Part shown: positions 9,002 through 19,756 of the stretch, piece by piece
Position numbering within the stretch: position 1 is the stretch's first letter
Layout of the letters: every line of letters starts with the position of its first letter
DNA from: a virus
Length of the DNA: 64,000 nt
Strand: one strand, 5' to 3'
Virus record (IMG/VR): IMGVR_UViG_3300027896_000032
Location: 4,136-68,135 of that record
Notes under the pieces: generated by a model
Told to the model about the DNA's origin: nothing
What the model saw: only the letters and a program-made list of their open reading frames with translations
The model's database searches: none
Program-made: the position numbers and the translations under genes

Positions 9002-12000
9002 TTATATCTTGAATACCGTCGGTTCCAACATGCCCTGCTGTTTCATCATTATAGCAAATTCCTTGACAACATTGATCATTTCTGTTTTTGTTCCAAACCA
9101 GTTCGTAGCGTTTGCCTGATAGGTTATGTAGTTGTTCACCATTTGCGCGTTGCCCGTAACCGCGTCGCCGATACTCCGGCTGTTCACCGCGGCCGTGGCC
9201 AGATTCTGATCGGCCTGGTCTATCAGGTTCGCGAAATCGGTGAGTAGTTTTTCATCGTTTTGAATCCTTGCCTGTTCATCTGGAGACTTTCCATAACTGC
9301 TATTCGCCGTCTGTTGCACAGCATCAGTGAGTTGCAAAATTACAGCATTGGTCAAATCGCCAGATACTCCAAATTCTTTTCGTATATCAGCCGCGAGTAT
9401 TGCTTTTATATCGGTTTGGGAACCACCGAGTTTTGTGGCGATGTCGTTTTTCCATGTCGCCGCCGACTCTGGATCGAGAAGACTTCCCCAATACTGCTGC
9501 TGCTGGAGTGAATGCGCCTGTTCTTGTAATTGTTTGAATTGGTCGGTTGTGTCCAACCCCTGTGAAGCGAGAACGCGAAGTGAAATATTTACGGTGTCTA
9601 TTTCATCGGATAGAGCGTTAAACTGATCGCTTACACCATACATTGAGAGCGAAAAAGGCGAACTCGAACTTATTCCGAATCCTGAATAATCATATCCCGA
9701 ATTTCCAACTGGCCTGTTGGTTGAACGACCTCCGCCACTGTTTATTCCTGTAGTTGTTATCCCATATTTCTCTTGATAATATTCAGCGGCGATTTGATTG
9801 TATCGATCTTCTATTCCTTTCCAGTATTCTTCTTTTTCCGCATCCGTGGTTTCGTGCGTAACTGATACTGGAATGTTTTTTCCTAAAACATCATGGTAAG
9901 TAGTTGAAGTGGTGGAAGCCGGAGGATTAGGAAAGAGCGACCTGTCAAACCCCGTTCCGAGCGCATTACCCTGCGAGTTAAGCCGGTTCGCGCCCGTCGC
10001 CAGCGCGTGATTCATGTTGTTCATCGTGGCCGTGACCTGTGCCATCGCATCTTTCATTTCCTGAATAGCTGTTTGCCAGGCAGAGATTGCGGCGTTGACC
10101 TGATCTTGATTCGAGTACCAGCGGGACGTTCCGGACAGCCCCATGAATGAACGTTCCGACTGTTCTATCAACTGTGGAATATTCAAATCCTCTAACGACA
10201 TTTTTGCATACTTGCCACCGATGGATTGAAGATCGGACAATATTGAATTCGTGGCATCGGTGCGGGCCTGCTGCGTTGCGGCCATTTGTTCCCGCCGTTG
10301 TTCGCCGCGGCCAACCCCGAAAGCGTTATCTAGCGTCGAGCCGGCCAGCGCGCCGATAATCATGCCGACCGGACCGGCGGCGGCACCCAGAGAAGCGAAC
10401 AACCCTCCTGTAGCCGCGGCGCCCATACCGTACCCCAGAGCGGCGCCGAGTTGCGTTCCGGGACCGCCCTGCGTATTGCCGCCTATGATCTGTTGCGCGA
10501 TTGCGGCAGATACAACCTGCAAGAGTGCCGGCGAGGACTTGAACGAAATACCACTTGAACCGCCGCTGCCGCCCGACAATCCACCGCCAACAAGGTCCAG
10601 ACCGATCCCGACGCCGCCCCCGGACTTGTGGCCACCGACTCCGAGCATGGCCAGAATCCCGTTGGCGAAGTCGGACATTCCGCCGCTGAACATCTTCCCA
10701 ATATTGTCGATACCGCCCTTGTTGACTTCATCGTGAACACGAATGTACTTCCCGCTTTCGACGTACACCTTGTCGAGCACCGGCCGGTTATCCGGCGCCG
10801 TGAGTCCGAACATGCCGTAAATCGATTCGGCAAGCTTCTGATTCATATTCTCGAAGCCGCCTATTCCCTTGCCGGCCTTTTGAATGATCGCGCCGGACAG
10901 CGCATCGATGATGGTCTGTTTTACGGCAGTCACCTGGTCTTTGAATATGTCGCGGATTGCCTGCCCGAGATTCTTTTCTTTATTTATGACAGCCTGAATG
11001 TTGTCGTGGATGGAAGTCTTTATCGCCTGCCCGGCCGCTTCCGCGAGTGCTTTGATTTCTTTAAAAACAGGGTTCGTGGAAAGCAGGGCGACGCGAAGCT
11101 TATCAATATCCGCCGCCATTTTAATGCCGGTGGGATTGTTTTTCTCCGCCTCGGAAAGAGCATTATACATTTCAATCTGATTATTCAGAGCGTCTTCCGC
11201 GCGCGAATACTCCACCCATTGCTTTTCATTCGACGTTCCATAAAGCTCCGTGGTCTGGTAGATCAGTTCCTTGATTGCCTGGCGCCGCTCTATTTCGGCC
11301 TGCAGGGCGGAATTGATATTGGTCTGGCCAGTTTGTAAGTTTTTCTGATAATCGACAGCCGCTTGACGCAAAGAATCCAGAATGGCAATCTTTTGTTCTT
11401 TTGTTGTTCCCGGAAGATCAAATCGACTGAGCAAGTCTAAATCACTTGTCGCTGTCTGACTACGCAGATTTTTAAGATTATCCGTAATGAGTTTTATCTT
11501 CGCCGCATACAAATCCGCCGCGCCGCCGGCGACTCCGTACATATCCACGGAAAGCGTAGCAGCCTCATTTGCCAAGTCCTGTTGTTTTTTAAATTCGTCA
11601 TTTCGCGCTTTCTGCTGATCGAGAATTTTTTTCTGATTTTCCATGTCAGTCTGCTGCGTTGCCTGATGGATATGCCCGTAAGTCTGTTCTGCCTCATAAC
11701 CTTTTATTTGAGTCTGAAGCCATTTAACACTATTCTGTGCCGCATCTTTCTGCGCTTTCGTAGACTTCGGGTCTAAAGCTTTTTTATGGTATTCATCCTG
11801 CATGTCATGGAGATATGCAAGTTCATTCTGTATACCCTGAAAGAATTTCATGGGGTCTTTCTGGATTTCCGCTTGAACGGCTTTCACATCAATCCCCATC
11901 GTTATCATGCCAGCCGTCGCCCTGTTTTCTGCGTCGAGCCAGTATTCATACCAGCGTTTAAGTGTTATCTGGCCAGTCTGTAACAAATAATTCGCTTCGT

Positions 12001-15000
12001 CTTCCTCTGTCTTTCTGCGCGCATCATAAACCGCCGTAATCGTCTTTGAGTATTCATTCTCGTCAGCGATCAATTTTTGAATATAAGCCGCAGCCTCATC
12101 GGCAAGTTTTTTCTTTTCATCCGTAATCTGTTCGGCAATGTTGAGGGATTTTTCTTGTGCACTCTGTTCTTTTTCCGTTGCCGCATCATACGCCCCCGGT
12201 TCACCCGCAGTCGTACCACTTGCCTTACTGCCCCTGTGCATTCCGATATGAATATGCGGCCCTGTCCATGCCAACCCCGGCGCCGCTGGACCACTCCGCT
12301 CATCTATCATATCGAGACCGAGCATTCTGGCATAGGCTTTCGGAGTGCTCAAATCTCCTTTTGTAAATATATTTGCATCCGCCGCAAGCCCTGCCTCATG
12401 AAGTGAACCTTTATTCAGATTTTTGCGAACCGAACTATGGGAAATCAAATCAATCCCATAATTATCCTTAACCCATACGGAAAGAGCTTCAAATGCAGTC
12501 TGAAATTCAGGCTGTGTCTTCGACACCGAAGCCTTTGAAGCTGCGCTGGCCAACGCCGCTTTTTTCTGAATCGCATCAGCAGACCATACACCACCGCTGG
12601 CAACTGCTTGTGAATAATCATTCGCCTTTTTATTCAAATCACCTTGCAACCCAATCAGGTTTTGCATCTTGCCGCCAAGTGCTCCGATAGTATCGACCGT
12701 TTCAGCGAAACCCTTATTCGTTAAAGAGATATGTTCATTCCAGCCGGCCTGAAACCTTGCAATACGCTCAAGTGTTAATCCCTCGCCAGGATACAAATTC
12801 AAAATATCTGTTATTGATTTTTTCTGCCTGTCCAACGCGGCGGCATAATCATCATGGGTTTTAATGAGCCGTTTTACCTGTTGTTCAAGTTGATTCAGAT
12901 CTGAAGCATATTGTTTCGCCGCATTCATAGCGGCCTTTTGATCATCCGTAAGCCCTTCCGTTCCGCCTTGAAGTTTTTTATAATCATCGAGCAACTTTTT
13001 AGTTTGCTCGTCCATCATCTTCTTGTATTCTGCGTTGTTTAGTGTTGACCCTTTTAATATCTTATCGTTATAGGCGGTTTGCGCCTGACTCAACATGGCC
13101 TCGCCAGCCGCCATTGATTTTTCAGGAACACCAGCAGCGGCATGAGCCTGATACAGCGCAATGGCGGTATTCCAATCTTTTTCGTAATCCCCTTTGTTCA
13201 TCCCCAATTTAACTAAATAATTGTAGTAATCCTCTTTTGTATTCCTCAGTTTTAACCGCTGATTCCAACCTATATCATTCATAAAATCTACGCGATTACT
13301 TGTTTTGCCAGCATATAATTTATTCCATTCCTGGAATGAACCCAAAAGATTATTAACAACTTCGGCGTTTTCTACCGCCTTTTTCTCCGGAGATTCCATT
13401 GATCTCATAAAAGCGTTTGTAGCCGCCATCATAACTAAAATTGGAGCGAATCGAATTGCCATAGTGGCGAGGGCTTCGGTTACAGCAGTCACGCCCAATG
13501 CCATGCTCTCAAATGTGGCGTTTCCTATTAACCCCAACGTCGTCAGTTCTTTTTCCATCGTATCAACGCTTAGAGTAGCCGTAACCATAGAACCAAGAAA
13601 GCCATCCACTCCTACCAGCATGGAAGTCCACAGGGAAGACAATATGGGTAGAATCAATCCCCACAATTTCATAGCCGCATAGAATTCCACAGCCAATATT
13701 GTTCCTTCTTTGATGGAATCCCAATTCTTTCCTAGGAACTTCATTAACTCCATCAGCCAGCCGATCCCCATCATTACTGTGTTTTTCAAATCCATGGAGT
13801 TATTGATCTTAAATACGAATTGTTCCCATGCCGCCCCCACGGTTTTTAATTCACGAATATACGTTTGCCTCATCGTTGTCAACGCCGCTTCTGTTTCAAC
13901 AGCCATCTTTTTCGGATCAGACATCGCATTCATTAAGTTGTCGAATACTTCCGGTGTCCGAAGAGAAGGAATCAGTACCGCCAAGGCTCGTGAGCCGCCA
14001 AGTTGTTGTGTAAATATACCCTTCGCTTTATCATTGAGGGATTCATATTTTTTTGTTATTGCATCTAGTATTTCCGCAGTGGTTTTTAGATGATCGTTGT
14101 CGTCAAATATGTCTACTCCAAATTTATGCAGTTGGGCTGAAAACTCCCTCATTCTTCTGGTAATAGTGACATACGCGGTGCCCACTAACTGCGCGGTCTG
14201 CCCTGACTTGGAAAGCGCAGAAGCCGTCAACGCTATTGCCTGATCTTCCGTGAATCCCATTTCATGGAATAGTGCAGAGGATTTCTGCAAAGATTCCATT
14301 ATCTCACCTGCTGTTGTTGAAACGATATGCGCGGCCACAATAACCTTGTTGACAAATTGATCGAGATATTTAGGGGCCATTTCATAGTGCGCCATAAACG
14401 ATATAAGAGCCTTGCTAGACGCGCCCACATCGTTCTGATAATCCAAGAGTGACATTTTTAATATCTGATTGGTGACTACGATAATATCCGCATTCGACTT
14501 ATACCGCTTCGCCACATCGAACATTACATCGGCAATTTTCGAAACATCTTCCCCGTAATATTTTCCGAGTGTGAATGCTGCGTTTTGAAGTTCCTCCATT
14601 TTCTTCTTTATTTCATCTACCGGCATCGTTCCAAATTGAAAAGCGGTCTTGAGTTTTGAGAATGCCGCGTCGAGTTCCGTACTGACTTTCCATACCTCTT
14701 GCGGAAGACTGTAGAGAGGAAAAAGGAGCGCTCCGCTGGCCATCCACAACGCATGATGCTTCATGGTCGTGAAGAAACGGTCGAGCCCCGACAACCCGAC
14801 CGACATATCGCCCATCGCAGTCCTAGTCTTCGCCAGAGTCATCGCCCATTTCTGCGCGGCCGCGGAATCCTGATCCATCGCCGCCGTTATCCGCTCAAGA
14901 GAAGCAACCGTTTCTGCCCGCGTCGCCTGCCCTTCATGCAAAGCAATCATTGCCGACCGTGCCTGTTTTTCTAGATCGGCCATGCGATTTTGCGCCGCTG

Positions 15001-16495
15001 CCTTGTTCATATCCCTGATTCCAGCAGCGACAAGAGCGAGTTCGGTTTCTCCTACTGCCGACTGTTTCAGCACTCTCAAAGCACTGGCATACTGCTCTAT
15101 GGTTATGGCACCATCCGCCGACTGTTTTTGCAAGCTTTCTAATTGCTGATTCAGATATGAAAGACTCATGCCTTCAGATGTTTCTTTTACTGACAACAAC
15201 GCCTTATCGATTATTAATAATGCACGTTCATTGCCGATGGCATCTTCTCGCAGGATGTTCAGGGCCTGTACAGTGGCGTTTATGGATTCGGGGGCCTTTT
15301 CAAAATCAAATACCAACCTGTCCACGCTATCCTTCAACCCCACCAATGCCTTTGCCGCCGCCGAATTCATAGCCGAATTGGCACTTGCAATTTTATCTGT
15401 AAGATAGGAATACTCTTTCGATACCGATGGCAACTCCGCCCGCATGGCCTCCAAATTGGCTACATATTCCTTGCCGGTTATCGCCCCGTCTTTATAACAG
15501 GTGCCAAGAATGCGGACTTGATCGGCTACAGTTTTATACTGCTGACTTATCGCCTCGTTCTCGAACGTCTTTATCGTTTTCGACAGTGCCAGAGCCTGCG
15601 TGCTCGACAACTCGAATGTGCCTGCAAGCGTCCGTAAATCAGCTATGGTTTTCTGAATGTCCGTGCCGCGAGACGCAATCAGAATCCCGTTCAATGAATT
15701 CTTGTACTTTTCGACGGCCTGCTTATTCAAAGCTTTCTGGGAAGCAATCAGGGCGGCGTTGAATACCCGCGCACCCTCGGAGCCCGTCCGGAATGCACCA
15801 TCGAGCCCGCGCACCTGTTCGTTATATTGCCGGCCGCTGATTTCTCCGAGTTTATATGCCTGATCGAGATTGCTAAGAGAATCTTTCAACAGATTGAATT
15901 GCGACTGTGATTCCTGCCCCGGCATCGATGTCCCAAATTTCATCAGCGAAACTTCGGTTCTATCGATCTGCTTGTATAAATTCTGGATTGATAATGCAAG
16001 GGTATTATAGCCGACCGGGCTTAACGCCGTCTGGGAAGCTTCCGCCGTGGAGTACAGTGCATTCAACGCTTCCGTCAACGACCGTATCGAATCCCGCGCG
16101 CCGGCGACACCCTTGCCGGCAAACATGTCCCTGTTCATGGACATTTGCAACTGCTGGTATCGGTTATAGATTTTTAGATATTCTTCTTGCAGTTGCTTCG
16201 CAGCCGTCAACGCTTCCGGGTTGGAAACGGAGAAAGTTTCGCGCAGCCGCGCGCCCGTCGCTTCCACAACGCTTTTCAATTCCGTGTAAGTCTGAATAAG
16301 TTTTGTAATTCTTTCATACTGACCAGACAACGGATCAGTTACGGCCTGTTTTTCCTGTAGCCGTTTCAATATTTTTTCGACGTCGCCATAACCGGAAACA
16401 ATACGCTTCTGCGCCTCTTCAAGCGTCTTCGCTTCCTTAATCATCTTGTCGATGTTGGTCTGGAATTCTATCTGTATTTTTCTGATGTCATCCAT
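9002..16495 (-). CDS. Tape measure protein with embedded Zn-peptidase (M15/LAS-like) motif
   Basis: 2497 aa, helical A/L/K/Q-rich, TP901-like core, hydrophobic stretches; GSLHEAGLAAD...PHIHIG motif. Confidence 0.92.
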   Translation of the reverse strand: MDDIRKIQIEFQTNIDKMIKEAKTLEEAQKRIVSGYGDVEKILKRLQEKQAVTDPLSGQYERITKLIQTYTELKSVVEATGARLRETFSVSNPEALTAAKQLQEEYLKIYNRYQQLQMSMNRDMFAGKGVAGARDSIRSLTEALNALYSTAEASQTALSPVGYNTLALSIQNLYKQIDRTEVSLMKFGTSMPGQESQSQFNLLKDSLSNLDQAYKLGEISGRQYNEQVRGLDGAFRTGSEGARVFNAALIASQKALNKQAVEKYKNSLNGILIASRGTDIQKTIADLRTLAGTFELSSTQALALSKTIKTFENEAISQQYKTVADQVRILGTCYKDGAITGKEYVANLEAMRAELPSVSKEYSYLTDKIASANSAMNSAAAKALVGLKDSVDRLVFDFEKAPESINATVQALNILREDAIGNERALLIIDKALLSVKETSEGMSLSYLNQQLESLQKQSADGAITIEQYASALRVLKQSAVGETELALVAAGIRDMNKAAAQNRMADLEKQARSAMIALHEGQATRAETVASLERITAAMDQDSAAAQKWAMTLAKTRTAMGDMSVGLSGLDRFFTTMKHHALWMASGALLFPLYSLPQEVWKVSTELDAAFSKLKTAFQFGTMPVDEIKKKMEELQNAAFTLGKYYGEDVSKIADVMFDVAKRYKSNADIIVVTNQILKMSLLDYQNDVGASSKALISFMAHYEMAPKYLDQFVNKVIVAAHIVSTTAGEIMESLQKSSALFHEMGFTEDQAIALTASALSKSGQTAQLVGTAYVTITRRMREFSAQLHKFGVDIFDDNDHLKTTAEILDAITKKYESLNDKAKGIFTQQLGGSRALAVLIPSLRTPEVFDNLMNAMSDPKKMAVETEAALTTMRQTYIRELKTVGAAWEQFVFKINNSMDLKNTVMMGIGWLMELMKFLGKNWDSIKEGTILAVEFYAAMKLWGLILPILSSLWTSMLVGVDGFLGSMVTATLSVDTMEKELTTLGLIGNATFESMALGVTAVTEALATMAIRFAPILVMMAATNAFMRSMESPEKKAVENAEVVNNLLGSFQEWNKLYAGKTSNRVDFMNDIGWNQRLKLRNTKEDYYNYLVKLGMNKGDYEKDWNTAIALYQAHAAAGVPEKSMAAGEAMLSQAQTAYNDKILKGSTLNNAEYKKMMDEQTKKLLDDYKKLQGGTEGLTDDQKAAMNAAKQYASDLNQLEQQVKRLIKTHDDYAAALDRQKKSITDILNLYPGEGLTLERIARFQAGWNEHISLTNKGFAETVDTIGALGGKMQNLIGLQGDLNKKANDYSQAVASGGVWSADAIQKKAALASAASKASVSKTQPEFQTAFEALSVWVKDNYGIDLISHSSVRKNLNKGSLHEAGLAADANIFTKGDLSTPKAYARMLGLDMIDERSGPAAPGLAWTGPHIHIGMHRGSKASGTTAGEPGAYDAATEKEQSAQEKSLNIAEQITDEKKKLADEAAAYIQKLIADENEYSKTITAVYDARRKTEEDEANYLLQTGQITLKRWYEYWLDAENRATAGMITMGIDVKAVQAEIQKDPMKFFQGIQNELAYLHDMQDEYHKKALDPKSTKAQKDAAQNSVKWLQTQIKGYEAEQTYGHIHQATQQTDMENQKKILDQQKARNDEFKKQQDLANEAATLSVDMYGVAGGAADLYAAKIKLITDNLKNLRSQTATSDLDLLSRFDLPGTTKEQKIAILDSLRQAAVDYQKNLQTGQTNINSALQAEIERRQAIKELIYQTTELYGTSNEKQWVEYSRAEDALNNQIEMYNALSEAEKNNPTGIKMAADIDKLRVALLSTNPVFKEIKALAEAAGQAIKTSIHDNIQAVINKEKNLGQAIRDIFKDQVTAVKQTIIDALSGAIIQKAGKGIGGFENMNQKLAESIYGMFGLTAPDNRPVLDKVYVESGKYIRVHDEVNKGGIDNIGKMFSGGMSDFANGILAMLGVGGHKSGGGVGIGLDLVGGGLSGGSGGSSGISFKSSPALLQVVSAAIAQQIIGGNTQGGPGTQLGAALGYGMGAAATGGLFASLGAAAGPVGMIIGALAGSTLDNAFGVGRGEQRREQMAATQQARTDATNSILSDLQSIGGKYAKMSLEDLNIPQLIEQSERSFMGLSGTSRWYSNQDQVNAAISAWQTAIQEMKDAMAQVTATMNNMNHALATGANRLNSQGNALGTGFDRSLFPNPPASTTSTTYHDVLGKNIPVSVTHETTDAEKEEYWKGIEDRYNQIAAEYYQEKYGITTTGINSGGGRSTNRPVGNSGYDYSGFGISSSSPFSLSMYGVSDQFNALSDEIDTVNISLRVLASQGLDTTDQFKQLQEQAHSLQQQQYWGSLLDPESAATWKNDIATKLGGSQTDIKAILAADIRKEFGVSGDLTNAVILQLTDAVQQTANSSYGKSPDEQARIQNDEKLLTDFANLIDQADQNLATAAVNSRSIGDAVTGNAQMVNNYITYQANATNWFGTKTEMINVVKEFAIMMKQQGMLEPTVFKI

Positions 16496-16868
16496 TGTTT
16501 AGACCTCTTACAAAATCGGCCATGCGCTGTAGTTCTTTTTCGTCCGCATACTTCGGAGGAGCTTTCGTAGATACCCTTTTGCCGGCTACCTGTTCGGCAA
16601 TCTGCCAATAACTCTTTGGGTTCGGGGCTTCCGGGAATTTGATTTCATTCATCCCCGACGTGGCGGCGTAGTACATCAGATGCTGTTCCTTGGTCTCCTT
16701 GAGTTTTATGACCTGTACCCGCTTATGTACCACGAGTAGTTGCCATATATCAAGATGATCAAGAATCCAGTCCTGATCTCTATTCAAATATTCTAGGATA
16801 TCGAGGATAACATCTTCCCAATTTACGGGAACGGCTTCCTGTACGTCGGACTCGCCGCTCCCTACCGA
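16488..16868 (-). CDS. Tail assembly chaperone, C-terminal (gpT-like) frame reached by -1 frameshift
   Basis: The -1 frame from the slippery site reads PSVGSGESDVQEAVPVNWEDVILDILEYLNRDQDW... openly into ORF 16488..16787. Confidence 0.8.
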   Translation of the reverse strand, partial: SVGSGESDVQEAVPVNWEDVILDILEYLNRDQDWILDHLDIWQLLVVHKRVQVIKLKETKEQHLMYYAATSGMNEIKFPEAPNPKSYWQIAEQVAGKRVSTKAPPKYADEKELQRMADFVRGLNNG

Positions 16869-17428
16869 GGGGGGATGAACTTATTCAGCCCCATCGCCAC
16901 CGTGGGAAATGTCTGCAACTGCTTTTCATCAATCCACTCCGCGATTGCCTTTTTCCCGTCCTCCATGGACTTCCCGCGCACCGTCGGGTCTACACGCTTG
17001 AAGCACAGATAGGCCAGTGTCAATAGGGCATCCGCGTCGATTTCCTCATATTTCTGAATCTGCTTTTCGTCTTCGGACAGTTCATCTTCATCGACATCCG
17101 GCGCCGGCGCGGCCGCTTCGACAACGTCGAGTTCGAGACTGCCGGTGAATTCCTTCAAATCCTTCTGGCTGCTCTTTATGAGGATTTCGCGGAGCTTCAT
17201 GTTCGCAATTCCGTGTTTCCGCAGGGCGGCTTTCACCGCGGCGCGGTCCCGGAACAATACAGGCATCGCAAGATGTTCGCGCGCCAAACCGTCTTTATCC
17301 TGGATTTCATAGAATATTACGCCGCCGCCTATCCCAAGCATTTGCTCCTGAGACAAAACGGTCGTTTCCCCGGAGTAGTCTCCGAGTTCGCTGCCCTCCG
17401 TATTGTCGATGTTGGTCTTGTTTTCCAT
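16862..17428 (-). CDS. Tail assembly chaperone (gpG-like)
   Basis: Between tail tube and tape measure; ends ATC CCC CCT CGG TAG. Confidence 0.8.
   Translation of the reverse strand: MENKTNIDNTEGSELGDYSGETTVLSQEQMLGIGGGVIFYEIQDKDGLAREHLAMPVLFRDRAAVKAALRKHGIANMKLREILIKSSQKDLKEFTGSLELDVVEAAAPAPDVDEDELSEDEKQIQKYEEIDADALLTLAYLCFKRVDPTVRGKSMEDGKKAIAEWIDEKQLQTFPTVAMGLNKFIPPR
16868..16874 (-). other. Programmed -1 frameshift slippery heptamer C CCC CCT
   Basis: XXXYYYZ-type heptamer just before the stop; -1 frame joins the downstream ORF. Confidence 0.75.
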
Positions 17429-17464
17429 GGCATGGTTTTCCTTTCATCCTGATTATTCAAGAAA

Positions 17465-17492
17465 GGATAAAGCCCGGCGCTGTGGCCGGGCC
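17465..17492 (-). terminator. Hairpin/weak terminator after the major tail gene
   Basis: GCCCGGC-cacagc-GCCGGGC followed by TTTATCCTTT on the minus strand. Confidence 0.5.
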
Positions 17493-17517
17493 TTTCCTTT
17501 TTCTTGTCGTTTCCTTA

Positions 17518-19308
17518 CTAATCGCAGGGTTCGGCGACCCCGAGATCGGCAACCTTGAATCCGATAATCTTGCCGTCGGAACGGCCCGGATTGAAGATCG
17601 TGAAATTGAAGGTGTGCGTGGAAGCGTCCGCGCGTTTGAAGTCCATCGTGAAATCGCCGGTGTACTTCGCCTTGAAGACTTCCCACTGCCATTCCTTCAG
17701 GTGTCCGCTTTCGGAACGGGACTCGATCACCCACATTCCGCGAACGTAGTTGCGCAGGCAGGATTCGAGCACGTCGATCTGTTCGGCCTGGTACACCGTC
17801 GCCGACGTCGTCCAGATGTAGTCGATAAGGACCTGCTTGCCGGCATCCGCCGCGGCGAATGTGATCGTTCCAGCCGAAAACGAGAACTGCCCCGTGGTCG
17901 TCGGAGTCGTGGCTGGCGACGCGGTTGTGCCCGTTGCCGGAAGGTCCACGACCGTGCCCCGAGCTACCGGAGCGATGTTGGCGAGGTATTCCACGCCGAC
18001 TGCCGCCGTGATAACGCCGGTTGCCTCGATGGATCCGCCGGTCGGGTTGGCGTCGGTGATAACAAAGTTCTCGTCGGTTGTCGTGGTGGGCCAGTTCAGC
18101 GTGAACGATCCGTTGAATCCGCTGTCGTCGACTTCGTACAGCATTCCGGAAATCGCGGCTCCGAGAGGATAAATCGGACTTTCGGCGATCTGGGTCGTGC
18201 GGCCGGAATTGCTGTAGATTTTAACCTGGACGGTAGTTGTTCCGTCGTCGATGGTTCCGTAGTACAGCCCGGAACTGTTCAGCGTCGGGAAGTGGCCGTC
18301 CTGCAGCATGACGAAATTGGTGAGCGCCGTTTCCGGACTCCCGCCAACCGTCAGTGCAAATGCGTGCAGCCCCCATGCGGCGACCGACGCCGACACGGTG
18401 CCGGTGTAGCCGCTGCCGCCGACCGCGACCAGTGCCTGCCCGGTGACGGCGCCGTAAGCGGTGATAACCGCCGTTTCCGCCAGGAGGGTCGTGCGACCGG
18501 TTTCCAGATACACCTGGACCTTGTACCCGAGAGCGGTATCGACCACTTTCAGGTAGTAGGTGTCGTTCGGGGGCCATACGCCGGAATGCAGAAGCGTGAT
18601 TGCCGTTACCTTCACGCTGATAGCGATGGTCCAGGACGAATCGTTTACCGCGGCGTAGATATTGAACCCGTCGAGGTCCACATCGTAGCCCGGCATCGAG
18701 GTGTCCGGTGTCAGACACGTCAGCGGCACCGTGACATTCACGCCGGCCTGGCTTCCGGGATTGTTGATAACGATGGTGCGCACCGTTGAGCCGATGGACT
18801 CGATACCCTTCACCACCGCCGCAATCCGGACGGACACCGTGCGGCCGTCGTCGAAAGTCGCCGTTGCGCTCTGGGAAAGTGCGCTGGCGGCAAAGGCCGG
18901 CTTCGGGGCGAAGTCTTCCCTCGTGTCGTTGAAGCGCACGCGCACGCTGCCGTCCTGGGACGTCGTGGCGTACTTTACCGTGGCTGTGTACGGCCCGGTC
19001 GACGGGACAATCGCGCCCTCGTCGTATTTGATGAACGGACAGGACAGCGTCGGAATCGCCCGCTTGCCGGTCGGCAGCTCGAGCATTCCCGCGTTGAATG
19101 CGTTGTTTACGAACGTCCATGTTATTGTCCTGTCGGTCTGGAAGCTGTCGAACGGATCGAGAGCGTCGCCGCCCGACACGTTCTTCATGGTCGTCCCCTG
19201 CGTTATGCCACCGGACTCCATGCGCTTCATCCTGGCAATCTCGCGTCCTGTCGTGAAATCGTACAGAACGAGAGTCCCTACTCCGTGAACTACTGCTTCT
19301 TCTTTCAT
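17518..19308 (-). CDS. Major tail (tube) protein with large inserted beta-domains
   Basis: Probable start MKEEA with GGAGG RBS; tube-like N- and C-termini (HGVGTLVL..., FTMDFKRADASTHTFNFTI); position before the chaperones. Confidence 0.8.
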   Translation of the reverse strand: MKEEAVVHGVGTLVLYDFTTGREIARMKRMESGGITQGTTMKNVSGGDALDPFDSFQTDRTITWTFVNNAFNAGMLELPTGKRAIPTLSCPFIKYDEGAIVPSTGPYTATVKYATTSQDGSVRVRFNDTREDFAPKPAFAASALSQSATATFDDGRTVSVRIAAVVKGIESIGSTVRTIVINNPGSQAGVNVTVPLTCLTPDTSMPGYDVDLDGFNIYAAVNDSSWTIAISVKVTAITLLHSGVWPPNDTYYLKVVDTALGYKVQVYLETGRTTLLAETAVITAYGAVTGQALVAVGGSGYTGTVSASVAAWGLHAFALTVGGSPETALTNFVMLQDGHFPTLNSSGLYYGTIDDGTTTVQVKIYSNSGRTTQIAESPIYPLGAAISGMLYEVDDSGFNGSFTLNWPTTTTDENFVITDANPTGGSIEATGVITAAVGVEYLANIAPVARGTVVDLPATGTTASPATTPTTTGQFSFSAGTITFAAADAGKQVLIDYIWTTSATVYQAEQIDVLESCLRNYVRGMWVIESRSESGHLKEWQWEVFKAKYTGDFTMDFKRADASTHTFNFTIFNPGRSDGKIIGFKVADLGVAEPCD

Positions 19309-19324
19309 AATTACCTCCGGTGAG

Positions 19325-19756
19325 TTATTGTACAACCTGAACATGGGTCAAAATCGACAGTTCGAGAAACCAGCCGTACCGTTGATAGGTAACGCCGGGT
19401 ATCTCGCCCTCCCCTATGTAGAAGAATTCCGAATACTGCCTGCACTGAATCGGAACGTCTCCAAGAAGAATCTGCTGGATTCGACGACATAGTTTCTGTT
19501 GCCTTACCAGCGAACCGTCGGTCGACCAAATACGGAACTGCACGGGGCGCCTGTCCATGAGTGGGCTGGCCAGCGCCGACGGCGGAAACCTGAAATGCAC
19601 AAGATGGGAAACATCGTCGCCAGGTATCAGGGGTGGAGTGGGAACGATTCGCTTACTGATCTCGACTTTGTTGTCATGATCTAACAAGTCCAAGAGGTTC
19701 AGCAATTCCGTGTCTTGTGACAGTGCAGTAAAAATCGCCTGTTGCAATTCCGTCAT
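19325..19756 (-). CDS. Tail terminator/completion protein
   Basis: LQQAIFTALSQDTELLNLL N-terminus and VQFRIWS motif; position. Confidence 0.7.
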   Translation of the reverse strand: MTELQQAIFTALSQDTELLNLLDLLDHDNKVEISKRIVPTPPLIPGDDVSHLVHFRFPPSALASPLMDRRPVQFRIWSTDGSLVRQQKLCRRIQQILLGDVPIQCRQYSEFFYIGEGEIPGVTYQRYGWFLELSILTHVQVVQ

